NCBI GenBank assembly: GCA_903908245.1
Contig: CAIVRE010000022.1
Location: 864-64,863 of the forward strand
Direction of reading: 5' to 3'
From: Candidatus Omnitrophota bacterium
Lineage (GTDB): Bacteria; Omnitrophota; Gorgyraeia; Zapsychrales; Fredricksoniimonadaceae
DNA length: 64,000 nt
In this document: piece after piece, positions 57,458-64,000 of the stretch
Layout of the letters: the number at the start of each line of letters is the position of its first letter
Position numbering within the stretch: the stretch's first letter is position 1
Notes under the pieces: generated by a model
Database searches by the model: none
Told to the model about the DNA's origin: nothing
The model's input: only the letters and a program-made list of their open reading frames with translations
Program-made: the position numbers and the translations under genes

Positions 57458-60400
57458 ATGTTTCAGGCATGGACAAAGAAGATCGCGGTTGTCGTGATGG
57501 TCCTGGCGGGGAGTGTTTTTGTTTTGACTGCGAGGCCGATCTTCGGTCAGAGTGCGGGCCTGAATTCGTATCAGGCCGCGGAGCAGTTTTTCAGTGAAAA
57601 ATCCTATCAGCTTGCTTTAGACCGGTATAAGGCGTTTGCTGCTCAGCCCGGGTTAACGGCTGAGCAGAAGAGGGAGGTGTCCTTTAAGATCGCGGATTGT
57701 TCCTGGCGCAGTGGCAATTCCGGGTTTTATGAGGAAGCTTCCTTGGCGCTCAAGCATATTGTTATCGCTCCTGACCATGACCGCTGGTGGGCCGAGGCTA
57801 ATCAGTCCCTGGCCGAGTTTTTTATCCAGAACGACCGTTATCCCCACCGGGAAACCATTAAAACATTGTTGATGTCCGCCCGCGAATTTTGGAGCGGCTA
57901 TTCGGATACCGGGGTTGCCCGTCCGCGTTTTATCCGTGCGACGTTTGAGCTGGCGGAGTATGTGACTTCCAGTTGGGGATGGTATTTCGAGGCGCCGAAC
58001 CAGAATTATCAGGCTCAGAAAGAAGACGACCTTATCCCTCCGCCGGAACATCCTGGCCCGGTCGGGATCAAGGATCTGATGCAGGACATCCTTAAAGTCG
58101 CGGACAAGGCCGAGGACAAGGCCAGGGCGACGTTCATGCTGGCCACGGCCAGCATGAATACCTACGATCAATCCCGGCAGAAGGATGCGGAGAAATATTT
58201 TGAAATATTGACGAAGGATTACAGCACGAGCGAATGGGTCGACGATGCTTATTATCAGCTTGCGACGATGTATCAGCAGCACCAGGATTTTGTGAAGGCG
58301 GTCGCCGCGTACCAGGCCCTTCTTGCGAAGTTCAAGCCCGGCGAGTCGCAGTTCGTGGATGACGCCCAGCGTAATATCAAGGAGATCACGACCCCGGTGA
58401 TCCAGCCGGGTGTCGGGTATAATTTTCTGCCGGATTCCCAGGTCCGTTTTTCCCTGCGCTGGCGCAATGTCAATGAGGCTCAATTCACATTTTACAAGAT
58501 GGACCTTACGGAAGAACTGCGTTTTGATCCTATCAAGGTCACGGCGTATGATCGAGGGGTGGACAATTATGCCCGGCTTCTGAAGATCATGGTCGATACC
58601 AGGAGTTATGAGCGTTTGCCGGTGGCTCTGAGTTTCCACCGGACGCTGAAAGACGAAGGCAAGCATCTTTGGATGAGTGAGGATAAAGGCCTGGCCGAAT
58701 GGCAGATGCCGGAAGATAAGGAGGCCAAACCTGATCCGAAGTCCGGGATCCTTGCACCGGGCGCATATCTCCTGATGGTGAAGAGCAGGGAAACCGTTGC
58801 TTATGAGATGGTCGTGGTCTCTGACCTCGGGTTGGCGGTCAAGACCGCGGGGGGGAGCGCTCTCTTTTTCGCTTTCGACACGGCCAGTGGTGAGCCGAAA
58901 TCTGGTGCCAAGGTCAAATATCAATACCGTTATTACAAGAATGGCAATTATGAGTGGGACGAGGGCGCGGGGAATACCGATGAGGACGGTATCCTGAGGG
59001 TGAATTTGATGGAGGGGGATCAGCGCTACAACAACCAGCATCAACTGTTCGCGGTTGTTTCTGACGGGGAAAAACAGGCCTTTTCCCAGAGCAATTATTA
59101 TTCGTATTATGGAAATCGTGGAGAATTCTGGCTGTACGCGTTCGCTGACCGGCCGGCGTATCGCCCTAACGAGGAGGTGTCTTTCAAGGGAACGTTGCGG
59201 CGCTATGACGGGAGTACTTTTTCGACGCCTTCTCGCCTGCCGGTCAAGGTGATCCTTTATGATGCCCGTAACACCAAGGTCCTGGAGAAGGCCTACACGC
59301 TCAATGATTTTGGTTCTTTTAGCGACAGCCTGACGCTTGATGAGAAGGCAACGCTTGGGGAGTACCGTATGGAGCTTTATGCCGGCGATGGTAGCAGTCA
59401 GCTCGCGCGGGCGGCCCTGTTCCGTCTGGAGGAATACAAGCTTCCCGAATTTACGGTGACGGTGAAGCCGCGGCCCAAAGGTGAGGGGCAGTTCGCTAAT
59501 GCTTACCGTCTGGGGGACAAGCTCTCGCTTGATCTTGATGCGCAGTATTATTTCGGCGGCCCGGTGCCGAACGCGAAAGTTGAGTACCTGATCTATGAGC
59601 GGCCTGATCAGCATACGTATTATCCGGTGAGGCCGTATGAGTGGTATTACACCCAGGATCAGCAGCGGAACAATTATTATGGCAATGGACAGCTGCTTAA
59701 GAAGGGCGAGGCTGTAACGGACGCCAATGGCAAGGCGCTTATTGAATTTGAGACGGACAAGGCCAAGGGGTATGACCTTGCGTATCGCGTTGAGGCCCGC
59801 GTGGTGGATGAGAGCCGCCGCGAGATCACGGCTACGGCCGAGATCAAAGTGACTGCAAAGTCATTCTTCATATGCCAGACGCCGCGCCGGAATCTGTATC
59901 GTCCAGGGGATAAAACAGAGATCGACATTAAAACGATGACGGCTAATGACGAGCCGGTTTCGATCGAAGGCAAAGTGTCGGTCAGCCGGCATTGGTGGCA
60001 CGAGCCGGTTGTTGTTTCCAGTGAGGCTCGGTCGGACAAGGCCGTTCCCGCGCAGAATTTGCCGGCATCTCCCTATAATGATGAGGTTCTATTTACTAAA
60101 TTCATTAAGACCGATGCCAAAGGTCAGGCGGTCTTCGAGTTTTCACCTGAGCAGAATGGCTATTACAGCGTGATGGTCACCGGGTTCGATGTGGACGGAA
60201 GCCCGATCGAGTCCACGGTCAATGTTTATGTTTGTGACAAGCAGGCGAACGATATCGGTTACCGGTACAGCGGTTTGCAGATCATCGCGGAGAAGGATAC
60301 GTACAGCGTCGGGGACACGTTGCGACTGATGCTGGTGTCGGACAAGCCAGGTGCCCGTGTGCTCCTTTCGGCAGAGGCCGGGGAGATCGAGTCGGCCCAG

Positions 60401-63283
60401 CTGGTGCGGATGGACGGCCCGGTCAAGCTTGTTGAAATGCCGGTGACAGACATGTTCACACCGAATATTTTCGTGACGGCCGCATCCGCCAGCGACCAGC
60501 AGATCCGGATGCATGAACTCGAGTTGATCGTTCCGCCGGAAGGCCACTTCCTGAACGTTAAAGTGACCTCGGACAAGCCTGTTTATGGCCCGGGAGAGAA
60601 GGGAGAGTTCGGGGTTGAGGTTACCAACAGCAAAGGGCAGCCTGTTGTGGCGGAGCTGGGCTTAAGCCTTGTTGACGCGAGCGTGTTCTATATTCAGTCG
60701 GAATTGGCCGGGGATATCCGTCAGTTCTTTTTTGGAGACAAGCGTCCGCATAGTGTGCAGCTGCAGTCATCATTGAATCAGCGGCCTTATTTCAAGGTTG
60801 TCAACAAAGACCAGCCGTCTGTTGACGGGAATGAACGGGCCATGAATGGGGTGGATGCGGAGAAATCAGGAGCTGTCGGGAGAATGAAGTCGTCGGCGGA
60901 TGATATCGGTGTGCAATTCGCGGCTTCGGCGCCTGTCATGAGTGAATCCATGTCTTATGACAGGAAGGAAGAGTCCGGGAAGAAAATGCTGGCCAAGGGA
61001 GGCATGATGAATGCTTCTCGCCGGGAGTTGGAGCCTCAAGCCGCTCCCGCAGAGCTTGCTGAGGCGCAGGTCCGGCAGGATTTTCGTTCGACCGTCTTCT
61101 GGGGGCCATCGGTCGTGACGGACCAGCAGGGCAAGGCCAAGGTTTCGGTCAAGTTCCCGGATCCTCTGACGACCTGGCGGGCGACCGCGCGGGCGATCAG
61201 CCTGGGGACCGACATTGGCAATACGACTTATGATGTGACGACCAAAAAGGATATTATCGTTCGCTTGCAGGCGCCGCGGTTCTTTACCGAGCGCGATCAA
61301 GTCACGGTTTCGGCCAATGTCCATAATTACACAAAAGAGAAGCAGCATATCAAGGTGACGTTGAAAGCGTTGGGTGTAGATCTTGATGGTGCTTCGGAAG
61401 TGTGGGTTGATCTTGACCCGCAGGGAGAGAAACGTGTTGACTGGAATGTGTTGGCCGGCAAGGCGGGGCTGGCGGAGTTGACCGCCATGGCCCAGACCAC
61501 GACCGTGTCGGACGCGATGCTCAAGAAGTATCCGGTCATCCCGCATGGCATCGAGAAGTTCATTGCCAGGGCACTTGCGCTTAAGGCAGATGAGGGTGGC
61601 GCCGCGGATGGCGAGGTGACTTTTGATGTCCCGAAGGAAAGGATCAAGGAGTCCACATCGCTGCGCCTGACACTTTCTCCATCGATGGCCGCGGCCATGC
61701 TTGACGCGCTCCCGTATCTTGCGGATTATCCTTACGGTTGTGTTGAGCAGACCATGAGCCGTTTTTTGCCGGCCGTGATCGTGGCCAAGACCATGCGCGA
61801 TCTGGGGTTTGACAAGAAGGATGTGGATGACTATCTGGCGAATGTCCTTGAGCCGCGCAATGATCCCAAGGGCCATCCGCAGCGGCGCGATGATGCAACC
61901 TATTCGCGCTTGAATGACCTTGCCAGGGCAAGCCTGGACCGGCTTTATGATTTTCAGCATCCTGATGGAGGCTGGGGCTGGTGGAAGGGTGGCGATAGCG
62001 ACCGGTTCATGACCGCGTATGTGTTTTGGGGGTTGATGCTCGCCAAGGACGCGGGTAGCGATGTGCGCGGCGATGTGGTGTCGCGCGCGCTTCAGTATAT
62101 GGATAAGAATCTCGTTGAGGAAGAGAATGATCCGGATATGCTTGCATGGATGCTGCACGCCATGGCCTATGCGAAGTATCAAAGCCAGTTCCAGGATAAA
62201 CAGATCGCGCGGCTCTGGGATATGCGCGAGAAACTTAATCCTTATACGCGGGCGCTCTTTGCTGTCGGGCAGAAAGTCCGCGGCAGGGAGGACGAGGCGG
62301 CGATCCTCGCACGCAATGTTGTCAACGGGGTCATGAAGGACGACGGGGATCAGACCGCGCACTGGGGGGAAGCCGGTATGAACTACCGCTGGAGTGAAGG
62401 CGGGGTTGAGGCGACCGCCTTCAGCCTGAAGGCACTCGTTAATATCGAACCGCAAAGCGAGCTTATTGCGCCTGCGGTCAAATGGCTGTCGTTGAACCGC
62501 CGTGGAGCGAGTTGGAAGAATACCCGCGATACGGCGATCGCGATCCTGGCGCTTGCGGATTACTTGAAAGTGTCTGGCGAGTTGAACCCGGACTATGATT
62601 ATGAAGTGCTCCTTAACGGTAAGGCGATCCAGCAGGGCCATGTGAATGCGGCCAATATGTTCACTTTCGGGCGTTACATTGATCTTCCCGCTGAAGCGGT
62701 GAAGGACGGGGTGAATACGGTCAAGGTGAAAGTGAACGGGAAAGGCGCGTTGTATCTCTCGGCTTATCTGAAATATTTTACTCTTGAGGAGAATATTACG
62801 CCGGAGGGTAACGAGATATTCGTCGAACGGAAATATTTCAAGCAGTCGCAGAAAGAGACGTTGCTTAAAGGTTATGTGGAGGACTGGAAACCTCTTGCGG
62901 ATGGCGATACGCTTCAGAGCGGTGACCGCGTCAAGGTCGAGCTCGATGTTGAGGCCAAGAACAATTACGAGTATCTGATCTTCGAAGATGCGAAGCCGGC
63001 CGGGCTTGAGGCCATGGAATTAAAGAGTGGTGATGGATACGCCGAGGCGCTGGATAACAATGGTAAAGCGACCGGCGAAAAGGCGTACCTGTATCAGGAG
63101 TTCCGTGATCAGAAGGCCGTGTTCTTTGTCGACAAGATGAAGCAGGGCCACTATCGCATTGCGTATGAACTGCGGGCCGAGATCCCCGGTGATTTCCATG
63201 CCATGCCCGACCAGGCGCATGCGATGTATGTGCCCGAGATCCGCGCCAACAGTGCAGAAGGGCGGATGAAGGTGGTGGATTAA
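57458..63283 (+). CDS. bacterial alpha-2-macroglobulin-family protein (1941 aa) with thioester motif
   Basis: Signal peptide. DYPYGCVEQTMS (CxEQ thioester, cf. E. coli YfhM CLEQ). Repeated MG-like beta domains. Confidence 0.75.
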   Translation: MFQAWTKKIAVVVMVLAGSVFVLTARPIFGQSAGLNSYQAAEQFFSEKSYQLALDRYKAFAAQPGLTAEQKREVSFKIADCSWRSGNSGFYEEASLALKHIVIAPDHDRWWAEANQSLAEFFIQNDRYPHRETIKTLLMSAREFWSGYSDTGVARPRFIRATFELAEYVTSSWGWYFEAPNQNYQAQKEDDLIPPPEHPGPVGIKDLMQDILKVADKAEDKARATFMLATASMNTYDQSRQKDAEKYFEILTKDYSTSEWVDDAYYQLATMYQQHQDFVKAVAAYQALLAKFKPGESQFVDDAQRNIKEITTPVIQPGVGYNFLPDSQVRFSLRWRNVNEAQFTFYKMDLTEELRFDPIKVTAYDRGVDNYARLLKIMVDTRSYERLPVALSFHRTLKDEGKHLWMSEDKGLAEWQMPEDKEAKPDPKSGILAPGAYLLMVKSRETVAYEMVVVSDLGLAVKTAGGSALFFAFDTASGEPKSGAKVKYQYRYYKNGNYEWDEGAGNTDEDGILRVNLMEGDQRYNNQHQLFAVVSDGEKQAFSQSNYYSYYGNRGEFWLYAFADRPAYRPNEEVSFKGTLRRYDGSTFSTPSRLPVKVILYDARNTKVLEKAYTLNDFGSFSDSLTLDEKATLGEYRMELYAGDGSSQLARAALFRLEEYKLPEFTVTVKPRPKGEGQFANAYRLGDKLSLDLDAQYYFGGPVPNAKVEYLIYERPDQHTYYPVRPYEWYYTQDQQRNNYYGNGQLLKKGEAVTDANGKALIEFETDKAKGYDLAYRVEARVVDESRREITATAEIKVTAKSFFICQTPRRNLYRPGDKTEIDIKTMTANDEPVSIEGKVSVSRHWWHEPVVVSSEARSDKAVPAQNLPASPYNDEVLFTKFIKTDAKGQAVFEFSPEQNGYYSVMVTGFDVDGSPIESTVNVYVCDKQANDIGYRYSGLQIIAEKDTYSVGDTLRLMLVSDKPGARVLLSAEAGEIESAQLVRMDGPVKLVEMPVTDMFTPNIFVTAASASDQQIRMHELELIVPPEGHFLNVKVTSDKPVYGPGEKGEFGVEVTNSKGQPVVAELGLSLVDASVFYIQSELAGDIRQFFFGDKRPHSVQLQSSLNQRPYFKVVNKDQPSVDGNERAMNGVDAEKSGAVGRMKSSADDIGVQFAASAPVMSESMSYDRKEESGKKMLAKGGMMNASRRELEPQAAPAELAEAQVRQDFRSTVFWGPSVVTDQQGKAKVSVKFPDPLTTWRATARAISLGTDIGNTTYDVTTKKDIIVRLQAPRFFTERDQVTVSANVHNYTKEKQHIKVTLKALGVDLDGASEVWVDLDPQGEKRVDWNVLAGKAGLAELTAMAQTTTVSDAMLKKYPVIPHGIEKFIARALALKADEGGAADGEVTFDVPKERIKESTSLRLTLSPSMAAAMLDALPYLADYPYGCVEQTMSRFLPAVIVAKTMRDLGFDKKDVDDYLANVLEPRNDPKGHPQRRDDATYSRLNDLARASLDRLYDFQHPDGGWGWWKGGDSDRFMTAYVFWGLMLAKDAGSDVRGDVVSRALQYMDKNLVEEENDPDMLAWMLHAMAYAKYQSQFQDKQIARLWDMREKLNPYTRALFAVGQKVRGREDEAAILARNVVNGVMKDDGDQTAHWGEAGMNYRWSEGGVEATAFSLKALVNIEPQSELIAPAVKWLSLNRRGASWKNTRDTAIAILALADYLKVSGELNPDYDYEVLLNGKAIQQGHVNAANMFTFGRYIDLPAEAVKDGVNTVKVKVNGKGALYLSAYLKYFTLEENITPEGNEIFVERKYFKQSQKETLLKGYVEDWKPLADGDTLQSGDRVKVELDVEAKNNYEYLIFEDAKPAGLEAMELKSGDGYAEALDNNGKATGEKAYLYQEFRDQKAVFFVDKMKQGHYRIAYELRAEIPGDFHAMPDQAHAMYVPEIRANSAEGRMKVVD

Positions 63284-63319
63284 CGTGTTGGGAAGATCAT
63301 AACAAGGCAGGTGAAGGGA

Positions 63320-64000
63320 ATGAAAAGAAATAACGAGTTGGAATTCCTGTTCAAAGAATTGAATGAAAATCCGTACAGGCGGTTGAATTTTTCTTTCATT
63401 TTGATCAGCGTTATCCCGATCCTTTCTCTTGTTTATATTCTTTTCGATATCGTTTCCAGCGGCAACAAGATCCTTTACAATATCGGGTTTATTTTGTTGT
63501 TTGCCGGGGTTATTCTGGTATTGGGGTATATTGTTGCGTATAGCGTTATAAGGAATATCGTTAATAAAACGCTGGACTATGCCGCGAAAGCGAAGCGGGC
63601 GGATGAGCTGAAATCGGCGTTTGCCATGTCTTTGGCCCATGATCTTAAAAGTCCGTTGATGACGATCAAGGCGAATATTTCAAACCTGAAAGCCGGGTTC
63701 CTTGGGAAGCTGACACCTGAACAGGATGACGCGATCAATGTTTGCAAGGAGACATCCAACCGGATGAATGCGATGATCATGGAGCTTATTGATACATTTA
63801 TGATCGAGGCCCGTGTTGCGGAATTGAAACGAACGTCTTTTGACCTTCGGGAGCTTTTTGAAGGGCAGGAGCGGGAATTGGCCAGTGTCGCCGACAGGAG
63901 AAATATTTCCATCAAGCTTGAGATCCCGTTGAAGCCTCTTCTGGTCAGGGCGGATAAAGAAAAGATCCTTCGGGCGGTCAATAATCTTTTTAATAATTCC
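63320..64000 (+). CDS. sensor histidine kinase (3' partial, runs off window)
   Basis: Two TM segments. HisKA H-box SLAHDLKSPL. Confidence 0.7.
   Translation, partial: MKRNNELEFLFKELNENPYRRLNFSFILISVIPILSLVYILFDIVSSGNKILYNIGFILLFAGVILVLGYIVAYSVIRNIVNKTLDYAAKAKRADELKSAFAMSLAHDLKSPLMTIKANISNLKAGFLGKLTPEQDDAINVCKETSNRMNAMIMELIDTFMIEARVAELKRTSFDLRELFEGQERELASVADRRNISIKLEIPLKPLLVRADKEKILRAVNNLFNNS

Noticed and set aside
57653-59614. 653-aa minus-strand ORF (and 591-aa ORF at 60866-62641) inside the alpha-2-macroglobulin gene
   Set aside because: Antisense to a strongly supported high-GC gene. The translations are Arg/Pro/Leu-rich low-complexity, typical of stop-codon-poor antisense frames in GC-rich DNA.
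1-64000. CRISPR arrays, rRNA genes, IS elements with terminal inverted repeats
   Set aside because: No regularly spaced short direct repeats, no rRNA-like sequence, and no intact transposase were seen on reading the window.

Overview
This 64 kb window looks like bacterial chromosome with a mosaic makeup: high-GC core operons interrupted by several AT-rich islets. The calls below come from reading the sequence by eye, and the motif alignments are from memory.

In order along the window:
- A DNA-damage/recombination locus: a 5'-partial DinD/RhuM-like gene, a 50-aa double zinc-knuckle micro-ORF, then addB-addA (an iron-sulfur PD-(D/E)XK nuclease paired with a UvrD-helicase-nuclease), closed by an intrinsic terminator.
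- An orphan phage terminase small+large subunit pair, a serine-recombinase HTH remnant, and an AT-rich membrane-protein gene. Next comes a DUF4160/DUF2442 pair bracketed by two ~90-bp imperfect direct repeats.
- Two SulP-STAS anion transporters.
- A translationally coupled operon of ArsR, an HTH-fused PTS-EIIA(Ntr), and a six-subunit group-4-hydrogenase-like membrane complex (NuoL-, NuoH-, HyfE-, NuoN-, NuoCD- and NuoB-like). Its large subunit appears to have lost the [NiFe] cysteine ligands, and no ferredoxin subunit is present, so it looks like an energy-converting hydrogenase-related (Ehr) type. An HD-GYP sensor follows.
- A YfhO-like GT-C membrane protein, a TPR protein, and a convergent OmpA-LysM protein.
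- An unknown 190-aa gene, a tandem M16 peptidase, and an orphan CpaF/VirB11-type ATPase.
- A tRNA-Arg(ACG) - tadA - tRNA-Ser(GCU) - tRNA-Asn(GUU) cluster, followed by a small AT-rich islet that carries an att-like repeat of the tRNA 3' end.
- A complete kdpFABCDE locus with two extra small upstream peptides.
- A ParB-like HTH fragment.
- A TetR-regulated RND efflux operon (outer membrane factor, membrane fusion protein, RND pump) whose promoter embeds a perfect 18-bp palindromic operator.
- comEA, then a comEC that lacks the metallo-beta-lactamase domain and is followed 9 nt later by a secreted single-HKD phospholipase-D/Nuc-type nuclease.
- An AT-rich cluster of a membrane protein, a ferritin-like protein, a PqiA-like protein and a radical SAM enzyme with a Cx4Cx2C motif.
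- A 1941-aa bacterial alpha-2-macroglobulin with a CVEQ thioester, followed by a 3'-partial histidine kinase.

No CRISPR array or rRNA was found. The long antisense ORFs lying inside the high-GC genes are treated as artefacts.
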